From positions 1,056,001 to 1,120,000 of the forward strand of contig OY764216.1 in the NCBI GenBank assembly GCA_963668315.1: DNA of 64,000 nucleotides, read 5' to 3'. Source of the stretch: Spirochaetia bacterium. GTDB taxonomy: Bacteria > Spirochaetota > Spirochaetia > DSM-2461. This document shows positions 26,397-37,144 of this stretch, piece by piece. The notes under the pieces were generated by a model. The model was not told where the DNA came from. It ran no database searches and saw nothing but the letters and a program-made list of their open reading frames with translations. Position 1 is the first letter of the stretch. The number at the start of each line of letters is the position of its first letter. A program made the position numbers and the translations under genes.

Positions 26397-27749
26397 TCAG
26401 GAAGTGAGCTTGTCCCATCGGGAGAAAGCGACATTTCCCGCCGTATTGATAACATCCCATGTACGGGCGAAGGGAGGGGCGTAGCATAAATCCGCCATAG
26501 CCAGATCCTGTACCTTGGCCTTCATTTGAATCGCCATGGCCAGAACATCGATTCTGAGTACCGCCCCGTTTTTGCCGGCGCATTGAGCGGCCAGCAGCTC
26601 CTGTGTCTCTTCATCGAAAGTCAGCTTGATAAGGATGTCTTCCTGTCCCGGGTAATAATCGGTCTGGTTTTTGTCCTTGATTAATACGGATTTAACTCCC
26701 ATTCCGGCTGAATCTATCTCACGGGAAAGCAGACCGGTTCTACCCACTTCCAGATCAAAGATTTTGACGCAGGAGGAGTTCAGTGTGCCCGGATAGGGGC
26801 GTTCCTTTTTTCCCATATTTTCACCGATGATTCTGCCCAGTTTATTGGCTGCCGTCGCCAGGGGTGAGTAGACCGGCGATCCGGTTTTCATGTTCATCAC
26901 CGCCGCGCAGTCCCCCGCGGCGTAAATATCCTCCACGGACGTTTCGCCGTAGCCGTTCACGACAACCGCACCGTTGGGCAACCGCTCTATCTCCGTTTCC
27001 GCCAGGAATGAGGTATTGGGTCTGACTCCGGTGGACAGTACGACCAGATGGGCGGGATATTCGCCCTTATCGGTAACAACCGCCTCTACGCCGGTATCGC
27101 CCTTGAAGCCTGTGACTTTTTCGCCGGTGTTTAGTTTCACGCCGTGTAAGCCCATCTCCTCGGAGATCATTTCTGAGAAACTGCCGTCCAGCATATGCTT
27201 CATCAGCCGGTCTTCGAGCTCTATTACCCGGACGTTCTTATTCTGTTTTCTAAAAGCTTCCGCCAGCTCCAGGCCAATGAAACCTCCGCCGATAATAACG
27301 GCTTCCTCGCCGGTCCTGCTCAGGGCACCCTTTATTTTATCCCCGTCGGCAAGATTCCTCAGGAGGAAGATATTCTCAAGATCGATATTTTTCAGGGGGG
27401 GGGCAAGGGGAGACGCGCCCGTGGCGATAACAAGTTTATCGTAGTTGTCCGTGAAGGAGGGACCGTCGGAGGGCTGTATGGTCAGCTCCTTTCTGCCGAT
27501 GTCAAGCTTCGTGACTTTGTGATTGAGCTTGAGGTTGATTCCCGATTCAAGGATCTTGCCGGCCGGCCGGGCGACCATTCTTTCGGCGTCCTGGAAATGA
27601 CCTCCGATGTAATAGGGGAGTCCGCAGGAACCGAATGATACGGATTCCGTGGCTTCGTAAACGGTGACTTTACTGTCCTTGAGAGATCTCTGAGCCTTGG
27701 CCGCCGTACTCATTCCGGCCGCGTTGGCTCCAATAATAATGATGTGCAT
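26397..27749 (-). CDS. CoA-disulfide reductase/NADH oxidase-family flavoprotein
   Basis: IIGANAAG, SFGSCGLPY redox Cys, GGGFIGLE, IYAAGDC, YAPPF. Confidence 0.9.
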   Translation of the reverse strand: MHIIIIGANAAGMSTAAKAQRSLKDSKVTVYEATESVSFGSCGLPYYIGGHFQDAERMVARPAGKILESGINLKLNHKVTKLDIGRKELTIQPSDGPSFTDNYDKLVIATGASPLAPPLKNIDLENIFLLRNLADGDKIKGALSRTGEEAVIIGGGFIGLELAEAFRKQNKNVRVIELEDRLMKHMLDGSFSEMISEEMGLHGVKLNTGEKVTGFKGDTGVEAVVTDKGEYPAHLVVLSTGVRPNTSFLAETEIERLPNGAVVVNGYGETSVEDIYAAGDCAAVMNMKTGSPVYSPLATAANKLGRIIGENMGKKERPYPGTLNSSCVKIFDLEVGRTGLLSREIDSAGMGVKSVLIKDKNQTDYYPGQEDILIKLTFDEETQELLAAQCAGKNGAVLRIDVLAMAIQMKAKVQDLAMADLCYAPPFARTWDVINTAGNVAFSRWDKLTS

Positions 27750-27772
27750 ATTCTCTAAAACCTTATAGACGA

Positions 27773-28330
27773 TTAATGATGTGGTACGACGAAAAATATT
27801 ACTTCCGAAACGCTGTCATGGATATTTTTCGCCGAATGGGGGGCATCTGAAATCATGTTCAGAGAATCCCCCTTATTCAGTATATATGTTTCGTCTCCCA
27901 GCCTGGCTTCCACTTTGCCTTTGTTGACAAACATGACCTGGCTGCCGAAGCGTTTATAAGAGGATGAATCATCACCCGTATGAGCGCCGACCTCCAGTTC
28001 CACAATGGCCACTTCCATTATTTTGGAGAGGGCGCTGTTCGTGGCAAAGGAGATCTTCACGTTCTTGCTCAGAGAGGAGGCAAGCCTGCGGCTGTCCTTT
28101 CTGATGACGGGGGATACATCTTCCTGGGAGACTTCTTCGAAAAGTCCCTGGATTGTCGTATTCAATGAATTGGCAATTTTCACAAGAGACGAGAGCGACG
28201 GGGATACTTTCCCGTTTTCTATCTGGGAAATGTAGCTCGAAGACAACTGCGTCATCTGGGCAAGATTCTTCAGGCTGTAGCCGCAAAGCTCTCTGTTATG
28301 TTTAATCACTAATCCAATTTGTTTATTCAA
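27773..28330 (-). CDS. XRE-HTH + cupin transcriptional regulator
   Basis: SLKNLAQMTQLSSSYISQIENGKVSPSL; C-terminal cupin (LNKGDSL...PHSAKN). TTG start overlaps the upstream stop. Confidence 0.88.
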   Translation of the reverse strand: MNKQIGLVIKHNRELCGYSLKNLAQMTQLSSSYISQIENGKVSPSLSSLVKIANSLNTTIQGLFEEVSQEDVSPVIRKDSRRLASSLSKNVKISFATNSALSKIMEVAIVELEVGAHTGDDSSSYKRFGSQVMFVNKGKVEARLGDETYILNKGDSLNMISDAPHSAKNIHDSVSEVIFFVVPHH

Positions 28331-30210
28331 TCCACTGCTCCCCTGGCTTCTCTCATGTTACCGGCTATTACCTTATTAAAAATTGTATAAATGATCAATA
28401 AAGCGATGCTGACGATATTAAAGATAGTATTGGGAATAAGACCGGCCGCTCCGGCGATGAGGGCTATCACTATTTCCGGTGCGTTCAGTTCCTTAAGAAA
28501 CCATCGGGTCATGCCTCCGGATACGAAGATAATTCCTGTGATGATGGAGACGAATCTGAATATGCTGGTACCCAGGGAAGCCTGAAGCAGCATGGCCGGG
28601 TCAAAGAGCAAGATAAAGGGGATGAAATAGATGATGCAGGCAATTCTCATCGAAGTCAGTCCCACTTTTATCGGATCCTCATTGGAGATTTCGGCCGCCG
28701 CGAATGCCGCGATGGCGACGGGGGGAGTGATCATGGAAATAACGGCGTAATAGAAAACGAAGAGGTGGGAGGCAATGAGGGGAAGTCCCAGGTCCTGCAT
28801 GACCGGAACACCCAGGGTCGCCACCAGGATGTAAGCTACGGTGGTCGGCGTACCCGTTCCCATGATGATACAGCAGAGCATCATGAGGAGAAGCGCCGGC
28901 ACAATGTGCCCCCCCGAGAGGGAGAGAATCAGGCTGGAAAGGGAAAGTCCAAGGCCGGTCTGTGTGATAATGCCGATGATGATTCCCGCCGTTCCGCAGG
29001 CTATGGCTATCATGGCGGTTCTTTTCCCGCAGGTCGTGACAATATCCATTACGTTCTTCAGAGTCAGCTTGACATCGCTGTTGACAAAGGCCAGGACGAT
29101 TCCGACAAGAATGGAGTAGAATGAAGCGGAGTAGGGTGAGAACCCGGCGATCAGAAGAACGACGAGGGTCACGATCGGAAGAAGCAGATAAAGCTTGCCC
29201 CGTATCTCTTTCAGTTTGGGGATCTCCCCGGGATCCAGCCCGGAGATTCCCGTTCTTGCCGCTTCGAAGTCCAGGACGATCAGAAGGCCTGCGTAGAAAA
29301 ACAGGGCGGGCATCAGCGCCACTTTACAAATGGCGATATAGGGTATACCGATCAGTTCGGCCATAAGGAAGGCCGCCGCGCCCATAACGGGAGGCATGAT
29401 CTGGCCGCCCGTGGAGGCAACCGCCTCAATGGCTCCGGCCGTTTTCCCGTTGTATCCTATTTTTTTCATCATGGGAATGGTAAAGCTTCCGGTGGCGTAG
29501 ACGTTGGCAGCCGCACTGCCCGAAATGGAACCGAAAAAGGCCGAGGTGAGACAGGCTACCTTGGCGGGCCCCCCTCTGTATTTTCCGGTGGTGATCTTTC
29601 CCAGGTCCATGATGGTATCGCCGCTCTTAATGAACTCGAGGATAGTTCCCAGAATAACAAAAAGTACAACATAGGTGGCTGAGATGCTCAGCGGCATCGA
29701 ATATACCCCGTCCAGGCCCCATGTCTGATAATCGATCAGATCTTTCAGGGATATTCCCCGGTGTGCCAGGACGCCGGGCATATAGGGACCGAATAGGGCA
29801 TAAAGGGTACCGATGAGAGCGATGAGTGACATGACCAAGCCGACAGCTCTCCTGGCTATTTCCAGCAGCAGAACCACCACAAGAGCACCCATTACGTAAT
29901 CAAGGGGCGACAGGGGTGAAATGAGGGACTTTCTTAAGGCGATTTCCTCGTAGTTAAGCGCTATGTAGGAGAAGCAGATAAGGGAAAGCGCGAAAAAGAC
30001 GAAGTCAGCCCATTTCACCTTTTCGCCCTTTCCGGCCGAGGGGTAGAATAGATAACCCATCGAAGCGGTTAGTAGCAGGTGAATGCTTCGCTGCAATTGT
30101 GTGATGACACTCCCGAAGGCGGCAGTATACAGGTGGAACAACACGAGAATAAGAGAGAGAATAAAAACGATTATCCCCGCAATTTTCTGCGGCTTAGTCA
30201 TTTGGCTCAT
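28327..30210 (-). CDS. TRAP transporter fused 4TM/12TM permease (TAXI type)
   Basis: GGPAKVA, GSISGSAAANV.ATG.FTIPMMK, EAVASTGGQIMPPVMGAAAF, TPPVAIAAF. Confidence 0.93.
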   Translation of the reverse strand: MSQMTKPQKIAGIIVFILSLILVLFHLYTAAFGSVITQLQRSIHLLLTASMGYLFYPSAGKGEKVKWADFVFFALSLICFSYIALNYEEIALRKSLISPLSPLDYVMGALVVVLLLEIARRAVGLVMSLIALIGTLYALFGPYMPGVLAHRGISLKDLIDYQTWGLDGVYSMPLSISATYVVLFVILGTILEFIKSGDTIMDLGKITTGKYRGGPAKVACLTSAFFGSISGSAAANVYATGSFTIPMMKKIGYNGKTAGAIEAVASTGGQIMPPVMGAAAFLMAELIGIPYIAICKVALMPALFFYAGLLIVLDFEAARTGISGLDPGEIPKLKEIRGKLYLLLPIVTLVVLLIAGFSPYSASFYSILVGIVLAFVNSDVKLTLKNVMDIVTTCGKRTAMIAIACGTAGIIIGIITQTGLGLSLSSLILSLSGGHIVPALLLMMLCCIIMGTGTPTTVAYILVATLGVPVMQDLGLPLIASHLFVFYYAVISMITPPVAIAAFAAAEISNEDPIKVGLTSMRIACIIYFIPFILLFDPAMLLQASLGTSIFRFVSIITGIIFVSGGMTRWFLKELNAPEIVIALIAGAAGLIPNTIFNIVSIALLIIYTIFNKVIAGNMREARGAVD

Positions 30211-30214
30211 ATTT

Positions 30215-31237
30215 TTACTTAACCCATCCCATCTCTTGATAGTATTTCAACGCACCCGGATGGATCGGTCCGCCGCTGATCTGGCTTGCCAGTTCGGGAG
30301 TCCAGGTTTTATAGGTATTGCTGGAGCCCTGGATCTTTTCGGGGCTTTCGCAGATGGTTTTGGTGATCCTGTAGACCACTTCATCGGGCATATCCGATTT
30401 GATTACCAGTATGGGGTTTTCCGTAATGACATCCAGGTCTTCCTTGATGAAATCGTAGGTGCCCGCAGGGATCGTGCTTCTGCCGTACTTATAGGTATCG
30501 CACAGAGAGCTGATCGTATTCCGGGAAAGGGGGAGAGGTTTGAGATCCTTGGTGACCGCCAGCTCAATGGTGGCAGGCATGATGGGGCCGCAGTAGGCAT
30601 CGGCATGTCCGTCCTTCATCAGAGAGGTCGCTTCGGAATAGGAAACATAGGTAACGCTTCCTCCCCATTCTTTGATTTTTGCGGCGGAAATTCCATAGGT
30701 TTCCAATACTCTGTCCGTTGCCAGAGCAGGAGAGGAACCCTGTACGGCCGTAACGAGACGGACAGGCATTTCATTTTCGATGATCTGGTCGATGGATTCG
30801 TATTTGGAATTTTCCTCAACCAGGAAAACTGACATGTAGATTTCTCCCAGTCTTGCCAGGCCGGAGATATTAGCTATTTTGCCGTCTTCCGCGTACGGAC
30901 CGCTTCCCGAGAGAGCATCGGCATAGATGTTATCCTGCGTCGCGGCGATTTCCACTTTACCCATGGATACGCTCGTAGGATTGGAAACGCTTCCCCCGGT
31001 GGTTACCTTGACGTTGGAACCGGGAAAGACGGGTGTAAGCATTTCTGCAATTACACCGCAGAGAACATACCATCCTCCCCCCACGGAACCGCCCGCCAGG
31101 GAGATGAATTTCGGATCCTCGACTTTGGTCTCATTTGCTCCTGCAGCCGCCGCTGTATCAGCCTGCTTGCTGCACCCTGTGAAAGACAAAGCGATCAGCA
31201 TCAGACAGCTGATCAGTACTTTCTTCATTTCTTTCAT
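30215..31237 (-). CDS. TAXI-family TRAP solute-binding lipoprotein
   Basis: Lipobox FTGC; GGSVGGGWY, TTGGSVSN, IPAGTY, PIHPGALKYYQEMG. Confidence 0.92.
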   Translation of the reverse strand: MKEMKKVLISCLMLIALSFTGCSKQADTAAAAGANETKVEDPKFISLAGGSVGGGWYVLCGVIAEMLTPVFPGSNVKVTTGGSVSNPTSVSMGKVEIAATQDNIYADALSGSGPYAEDGKIANISGLARLGEIYMSVFLVEENSKYESIDQIIENEMPVRLVTAVQGSSPALATDRVLETYGISAAKIKEWGGSVTYVSYSEATSLMKDGHADAYCGPIMPATIELAVTKDLKPLPLSRNTISSLCDTYKYGRSTIPAGTYDFIKEDLDVITENPILVIKSDMPDEVVYRITKTICESPEKIQGSSNTYKTWTPELASQISGGPIHPGALKYYQEMGWVK

Positions 31238-31268
31238 TGATTACCCCTTTTTTTATTTTTTAGAACTG

Positions 31269-31631
31269 TCATGCTTCCGTGAGAAACACTTTCAATCCCT
31301 TGAAAACCGTTGCTTTCTGCATGCCTCCGCCGAAAACGGTGGCATCAACCTTTGAACCGGCCATGTGAATGTGTACGAACCATTCCCCGTCATCCTGTTT
31401 GCATACTTCTCCGCAGAAGGAGAGCATTTCAAAGGGACCGGGAATATCGGTATAATTTACTTCCGGCGGAATGGTCGTGGTGGCGGCGTTTCCGACCGTT
31501 ACATCGACAACCGAACCGAGAGCCCCGGTCACGACAGCCGATTCCCAGCCTTTTTTTTCGACAAAGTCGATGATTGACTGTTTTACCTTATCCCCTTTGA
31601 CCAGGTTGATAATTGAGAGCATTTTTTCCAT
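31269..31631 (-). CDS. PPC/DUF296 domain protein
   Basis: GALGSV, GPFEMLSFCGE, HIHM, VFGG motifs. Confidence 0.82.
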   Translation of the reverse strand: MEKMLSIINLVKGDKVKQSIIDFVEKKGWESAVVTGALGSVVDVTVGNAATTTIPPEVNYTDIPGPFEMLSFCGEVCKQDDGEWFVHIHMAGSKVDATVFGGGMQKATVFKGLKVFLTEA

Positions 31632-31633
31632 CC

Positions 31634-32548
31634 TTAGTTAACTCCGTATCTTTTGCGGATTTCGAACTCATCAAGAATCTCGTGGAGCTCCTGAAGTTTC
31701 TTTCCTTCCAAAGTGGGATTGGGGCTGCGCAGAGGTCCGCCGGGAAGTCCCATGTAATCCAGAGCGGGTTTGATGACAATGGGGTTGGAGAACCAGTAGA
31801 GAGCAGAGGTCAGGGGGTAGAATTTGAAGTAGAGTTCCCGTGTCTTCTTAACCTGCTCGATGCTTTCCCAGGGTTTGCACATCTCGGCCATATCGGCGGG
31901 AATGATGTTTCCTCCGATGTTGGCGGCACCGTCTCCGCCCATAGCCATGGTGGGGAGGATGATGGAGTATTTGGGGAAGTCACAGCAGAGTATACTCAGT
32001 TTGTCTCCCACTCTTCTTTTTACTTCGGCAAGCTGCTGAACGCTGCTGGTAGCCTCCTTGTCCGCCACGAAATGGGGGAATTCGTCGGCCAGTTTTTCAA
32101 TGGTTTCCGGTTTGATATTGATGACGACCCGGGACGGGTTGTTGTAGATGCCGACGGGAATGGAAACGGCGCCCATACAGGCTCTCAGATAAGCGTAAAG
32201 GGCCGTCTGGGTAAGGAGCAGGTAAGGGGGGCAGGTGAAGACAAGTCCGTCGGCACCTTCGGCCTCGGCAAACTGGGCGAACTCGATCGTCTGTTCCGTG
32301 GTGGGAAAAGAGGAGCCGAAGAAAACGGGAAGTTTTCCCTTGGCGTAAGCGGCAACATGGGTGACGATTTTTTTTCGCTCTTCCGCGGTGAGAAGAGTCA
32401 CTTCCCCTGCGGAGCCCATAACGAGAAGCATGGCAGTGCCGTGTTTGGCATGAAAGTCAATCAGTGTATTGAAGCCGCCCAGATCGACTGATCCGTCTTT
32501 ATTGAATGGCGTGGGAATGGCAACCCAGGAACCTTGAGGTTTGATCAT
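31634..32548 (-). CDS. DapA/NanA-family class I aldolase/lyase
   Basis: TPF...G.VD, GSAGE (variant of GTTGE), YNNPSR, Schiff-base Lys in ADKEA. GGAG SD before ATG 32548. Confidence 0.88.
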   Translation of the reverse strand: MIKPQGSWVAIPTPFNKDGSVDLGGFNTLIDFHAKHGTAMLLVMGSAGEVTLLTAEERKKIVTHVAAYAKGKLPVFFGSSFPTTEQTIEFAQFAEAEGADGLVFTCPPYLLLTQTALYAYLRACMGAVSIPVGIYNNPSRVVINIKPETIEKLADEFPHFVADKEATSSVQQLAEVKRRVGDKLSILCCDFPKYSIILPTMAMGGDGAANIGGNIIPADMAEMCKPWESIEQVKKTRELYFKFYPLTSALYWFSNPIVIKPALDYMGLPGGPLRSPNPTLEGKKLQELHEILDEFEIRKRYGVN

Positions 32549-32938
32549 GGTGTTTTCTCCTTCTGTTATCCCTGTTCTTCTGTATGGGGTGACCATAAGC
32601 GCTATTGATCCCGGTTTACAGGAAAACAGTAAATATAAATAATAATTTAAAAATACTTAATATTTATGTGGATGCCAGTATAGGAAAAAACAATTCGGTT
32701 GTAAAGCAAATATTAAACTATAATGAAATATATTTTGTATATACAAAACTATGTAAATGTGTATAGTCTGGTAAATAATTAATATAAAAGAAGATAAAGC
32801 AATATATGAAAATTTGTGTATATAAGTTATCCGTGACGATGTTCAGTATTTTTTAACGCAGGGGCCCCTCTCATCTGAGGAGTCACATCCGTATCCTACA
32901 CGAAAGAAGGTTGCTGCTATATTTATACATTAATGAAC

Positions 32939-32969
32939 AAAAAAAGAGGATGGCCTTAACCATCCTCTT
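32939..32969 (-). terminator. Intrinsic terminator of the ggu operon
   Basis: AAGAGGATGG/CCATCCTCTT stem with an A-run on the plus strand (U-tract on minus). Confidence 0.8.
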
Positions 32970-33011
32970 CCTCATTTTCAGGGTCTCTTTCCCTGACGAA
33001 ACTGATGTCCG

Positions 33012-34181
33012 TCAGGAATTGCTTTTTTTCTTAGTCGTTACGTCAAATACAACGGCCAGAAGAAGAACCAGTCCCTTAATGGCCTGCTGCCAGTCAACGC
33101 CCACGCCCATGATAGACATGCCGTTGTTCAAAACACCCATGACAAGGCCTCCGATTATGGCGCCCATAATGGTACCGATACCGCCCGAAGCAGAAGCTCC
33201 GCCGATGAAACAGGAGGCGATGGCGTCCAGCTCGAACATGTTGCCCGCCTTCGGTGTGGCCGCATTAAGGCGTCCGGCTACGACGATACCGGCGAGAGCC
33301 GAAAGAAGGCCCATATTCGTATAGACCAGAAACATGACGCGCTGGGTTTTGACTCCGGAGAGCATGGCCGCTTTCTCGTTGCCGCCCAACGCGTAGATAT
33401 GCCGGCCGAAGATCGTTTTCTGGGTAATGAACGTATAAAGAAGAATCAGGAAGGCCAGAAGAATCAGGACGATGGGAATACCGTTATAGTTCGCCAGTGA
33501 GAAGGCCAGGGCATTGATCGCCAGCACTATGAGAACAATCTTGAGCATCTCGGCCCAGAAGGGAGGCACTTCGAAGTTATACTTTACCTTGTCCCTTCTG
33601 GATTTGATCAGGAAGACAATGAAAAGAATAGAGACGAGGATACCAACGGCCACGGCGATGGTATTGAAACTGCCGATTCGGATCTCTCTGCCGGGGAGAT
33701 AGCCGGCGGCCAGGGCCTGGAAGCTTTTCTCAAAGGGAGCTTTCGTCTGCCCCTTGAGGATGACCATGGTAAGACCGCGCCAGATGAGCATTCCCGCCAG
33801 AGTGACAATAAAGGCGGGAATATGCATATAGGCGATGAAATAGCCATGGAAGGCGCCTATGGCAACTCCGATCAAAAGAGCCAGCAGAATGGTAAGTCCC
33901 ACGGGAAGACCCCAGTCCACCATCATAATAGCCGCGACGGCTCCCACAAAGGCCACCACGGAACCGACGGAGAGGTCGATATTCCCGGTTAGAATGCAGA
34001 GCAGCATACCTGTGGCCAGAATCAGAACATAGGCGTTCTGAAGGATAATATTATTCACGTTCATGGAACGGAACAGAATACCCCCCGTAAGGATCTGGAA
34101 CAGAACCATGATAAACACCAGGGCCAGGACCATTCCATTCTTCCTCACGTTGTTTTTGAATAGAGACGATAACTGATTCAT
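33012..34181 (-). CDS. gguB: Multiple-monosaccharide ABC permease GguB/MmsB
   Basis: [48 protein letters not shown] 34181 coupled to the gguA stop. Confidence 0.9.
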   Translation of the reverse strand: MNQLSSLFKNNVRKNGMVLALVFIMVLFQILTGGILFRSMNVNNIILQNAYVLILATGMLLCILTGNIDLSVGSVVAFVGAVAAIMMVDWGLPVGLTILLALLIGVAIGAFHGYFIAYMHIPAFIVTLAGMLIWRGLTMVILKGQTKAPFEKSFQALAAGYLPGREIRIGSFNTIAVAVGILVSILFIVFLIKSRRDKVKYNFEVPPFWAEMLKIVLIVLAINALAFSLANYNGIPIVLILLAFLILLYTFITQKTIFGRHIYALGGNEKAAMLSGVKTQRVMFLVYTNMGLLSALAGIVVAGRLNAATPKAGNMFELDAIASCFIGGASASGGIGTIMGAIIGGLVMGVLNNGMSIMGVGVDWQQAIKGLVLLLAVVFDVTTKKKSNS

Positions 34182-35731
34182 ACACTCTTCCTTAACTTGA
34201 TTTCTTTTTGATGGGTCATGATTGTTTTCATAATGCTTTCCTGGGATGCTTCCCTGCGGGCGAGGCATCCGGCCACTTCACCTTCGTTGATCACGTAGAT
34301 GCGGTCGCACATTCCCAGGAGTTCAGGCAGCTCCGAGCTGATCATCAGGACGGCCTTCCCCTGGGAGGCCAGCTGGTTGATAATCGTATAGATTTCATAT
34401 TTGGCGCCCACGTCGATTCCCCTAGTCGGTTCATCGAGAAGAAGAACGTCCGGTTCGGACATGAGCCATTTGCTTAGTACCACTTTCTGCTGATTCCCTC
34501 CTGAGAGGTTTTCCACGTTCTGGTTCAGCCCGCTGCAGCGTACGGCCAGTTTCTTCCTGAAATCGTCTGCCTGGACGATCTCCTCGTTCAGGTTCAGGAT
34601 GCCCTTGTCGGAAATCTTCTTCAGATTGGGGAGGCAGATATTGGTCTTGATGTCGTTGATCAGGACAAGGCCGTAGTTCTTCCGGTCTTCCGTCAGATAG
34701 ACGACTCCCTTTTCTATGGACTCGTTTACCGAATCCAGAGTGATCTCTTTGCCGTTTTTAAAGATTTTTCCCGAATGATTTTTTCCGTAGGATTTTCCGA
34801 AGAGACTCATGGCCAGTTCCGTCCGGCCCGCTCCCATCAGCCCGGCAAAACCTACCACTTCCCCCGCCTTGATATCAAAGGAAGCTTTGTTTACGATAAT
34901 TCTGCCGTCCTGAACGGGGTGATATACGGTCCAGTCTTCCACGCGGAAAACCTCGTCTCCGATGGGGGTGTCCCTCTCGGGCCACCGGTCGGTTATCTCA
35001 CGTCCGACCATGCTCTTGATGATCTGGTCTTCCTTGAAGGAGTTTTCACCCCTGACAAGGGTTTCGATGACCTGGCCGTCCCGGATGACGGTTATCTGAT
35101 CGGCGACCTGCTCCACTTCATTCAGTTTGTGGCTGATGAGGATGGATGTGACGCCGTGGGCTTTCAGGTCGATAAGCAGCTTCAGAAGCTTCTGGGATTC
35201 CTCGTCGTTGAGGGCGGCGGTCGGCTCGTCCAGAATAAGAAGCTTCACGTCTTTGGATAGGGCCTTGGCAATTTCCACGAGCTGCTGCTTGCCCACGCCG
35301 ATATCCCCGATAAGGGTCGTGGGATTTTCGTCCAGTCCCACTTTTCTGAGCAGTCCGTAGGCCCGGTCGATGGATTTATTCCAGTCGATAACCCCGCCGT
35401 GATGGACCTCGTTGCCCAGAAATATATTCTCCGCAATGGAGAGATAAGGGATCAGCGCCAATTCCTGGTGGATGATGACGATGCCCTCTTTTTCGCTGTC
35501 TTTAATGTCCTTAAAGGAACACTCCTTTCCCTTAAGGAGGATCTGCCCTCCGTAAGTGCCGTGGGGGTAGACGCCGGAAAGAACATTCATGAGCGTGGAT
35601 TTTCCGGCTCCGTTTTCACCGACAAGAGCGTGAATCTCATCATCCTCTACGGAAAGAGAAACGCCGTTCAATGCCTTTACCCCGGAAAACTCCTTTGTAA
35701 TCTGGCGCATTTCTAATATGGTCTGGCTCAT
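34178..35731 (-). CDS. gguA: Multiple-monosaccharide ABC ATP-binding protein GguA/MmsA
   Basis: [45 protein letters not shown]. Confidence 0.92.
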   Translation of the reverse strand: MSQTILEMRQITKEFSGVKALNGVSLSVEDDEIHALVGENGAGKSTLMNVLSGVYPHGTYGGQILLKGKECSFKDIKDSEKEGIVIIHQELALIPYLSIAENIFLGNEVHHGGVIDWNKSIDRAYGLLRKVGLDENPTTLIGDIGVGKQQLVEIAKALSKDVKLLILDEPTAALNDEESQKLLKLLIDLKAHGVTSILISHKLNEVEQVADQITVIRDGQVIETLVRGENSFKEDQIIKSMVGREITDRWPERDTPIGDEVFRVEDWTVYHPVQDGRIIVNKASFDIKAGEVVGFAGLMGAGRTELAMSLFGKSYGKNHSGKIFKNGKEITLDSVNESIEKGVVYLTEDRKNYGLVLINDIKTNICLPNLKKISDKGILNLNEEIVQADDFRKKLAVRCSGLNQNVENLSGGNQQKVVLSKWLMSEPDVLLLDEPTRGIDVGAKYEIYTIINQLASQGKAVLMISSELPELLGMCDRIYVINEGEVAGCLARREASQESIMKTIMTHQKEIKLRKSV

Positions 35732-35755
35732 TTTTAATATCTCCCGATGGTGAAG

Positions 35756-35792
35756 AAAAACTGCCGGCTTCGGTATCTCCGCCGCCGGCAGT
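35756..35792 (-). terminator. Intercistronic hairpin between chvE and gguA (attenuator or stabiliser)
   Basis: ACTGCCGGC/GCCGGCAGT stem with a U-tract on the minus strand. Confidence 0.6.
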
Positions 35793-35823
35793 CCTCAAAA
35801 TCGTCGATGGAGGATTACTATTA

Positions 35824-36897
35824 CTATAATCCTAATTCATCTTTCGTGTAATATCCAGTGTCTACAAGAGCTTCTATTACATTGTTTTTATCAACGGAAA
35901 CGGGTACTTCCAGGAAGGAAGGCACAACGAATACGCCGTTGTCATAGGTTTTTGTGTCGTTGACTTCGGGGGTCTCGCCCTTCAGTACGGCATCTACCAT
36001 GTCGGAGGCTCTCTTGGCCAGGGTTCTGGTGTCCTTGAATACGGTGGAGTACTGCTCGCCGGCGAGGATCGATTTGACAGAAGGAATCTCCGCATCCTGT
36101 CCGGAAACCACGGGTATGGGCTTGGCGGAACCGTATCCCACGCTCTTGAGAGCGGAAAGAATACCGATGGAAAGACCGTCGTAGGGAGAAAGAACGGCAT
36201 CCACATTCTTGTCGGTGTAGTAAGCAGCCAGAAGGTTGTCCATTCTCTGCTGTGCCACAACTCCGTCCCAGCGCAGGGTGGCGCCCTGTTCAAAATTGGT
36301 CTGGCCGGAAGCGACAACGAGCTGTCCTTTGTCGATGTAGGGCTGAAGAACGCTCATGGCTCCGTCCCAGAAGTAGTAGGCGTTGGTGTCGTCGGGAGAT
36401 CCGCCGAAGAGCTCGATGTTGAAGGGGCCCGCATTGGATTTAAGGTTCAGTCCTTCCACGATGGAGGTAGCCTGGATAACGCCTACCTGGAAGTTGTCGA
36501 AGGTGGCGTAGTAGCTGACATGGGGGGTGTTGACGATAAGGCGGTCGTAGGAAATGATCTTTACGTCATTCTGGGCAGCCTGTTCGAGCACGTTGAAGAG
36601 AGCCGCACCGTCGATAGCGGCGATAACCAGACAGTCGGCGCCTTTCACGATCATGTTCTCGATCTGGTTGACCTGGGCATCGATGTTGTCTTCGGCATAC
36701 TGAAGATCAACTTTGTATCCTCTCTTTTCCAGAATGTCCTTCATGTAGCCGCCGTCCTGAATCCATCTCTGGGAGGACTGTGTAGGCATGGCGATTCCCA
36801 CGGTTTTGACATCACTTTCCGAACCGCCGTTGGCGAAAACGGGAAGGGCCGAAAGAGCCACGAGGCCGATCAGGGCCAGGGTTAGGATTTTTTTCAT
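35824..36897 (-). CDS. chvE: Multiple-monosaccharide ABC substrate-binding protein ChvE
   Basis: [45 protein letters not shown]. Confidence 0.92.
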   Translation of the reverse strand: MKKILTLALIGLVALSALPVFANGGSESDVKTVGIAMPTQSSQRWIQDGGYMKDILEKRGYKVDLQYAEDNIDAQVNQIENMIVKGADCLVIAAIDGAALFNVLEQAAQNDVKIISYDRLIVNTPHVSYYATFDNFQVGVIQATSIVEGLNLKSNAGPFNIELFGGSPDDTNAYYFWDGAMSVLQPYIDKGQLVVASGQTNFEQGATLRWDGVVAQQRMDNLLAAYYTDKNVDAVLSPYDGLSIGILSALKSVGYGSAKPIPVVSGQDAEIPSVKSILAGEQYSTVFKDTRTLAKRASDMVDAVLKGETPEVNDTKTYDNGVFVVPSFLEVPVSVDKNNVIEALVDTGYYTKDELGL

Positions 36898-36960
36898 ACT
36901 TTACTCCTTGGTACGCAGACGGAAAATTGCGGTACAATCGCCCGTCCTTTGAAAATGTTT

Positions 36961-37042
36961 GAAACAAACAAAAACGAAGCAAAACGTAATCATTGTGTTT
37001 CAAATGTGAATTTACGGTACACCCAGTACACCCTCCTGTCAA
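36961..37042 (-). promoter_or_regulatory. chvE promoter with 10-bp-period direct repeats (candidate DeoR operator)
   Basis: Minus-strand TTGACA(37042-37037)-17-TACCGT; GAAACAAACA/AAAACGAAGC/AAAACGTAAT at 36961-36990. Confidence 0.55.
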
Positions 37043-37144
37043 GAAAAAGTTTCGTTTTACTCTTTTTATGATCGAAACAAAGGGAGAATCAAATTGCCAA
37101 CTTCCCCCGGGCTGTGATAGTATTAATTCCGGAGGAAAGCCGCT

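Noticed and set aside
26250..26455. Possible IS end or transposase remnant (minus ORF 26258-26455)
   Set aside because: No matching inverted repeat at the other side of the operon and no transposase motifs; the plus-strand 28-aa ORF with a strong SD explains the sequence better.
31634..32548. Calling this gene dapA (lysine biosynthesis)
   Set aside because: The GSAGE variant and the transporter/catabolic context make the true substrate uncertain, so the symbol is withheld.
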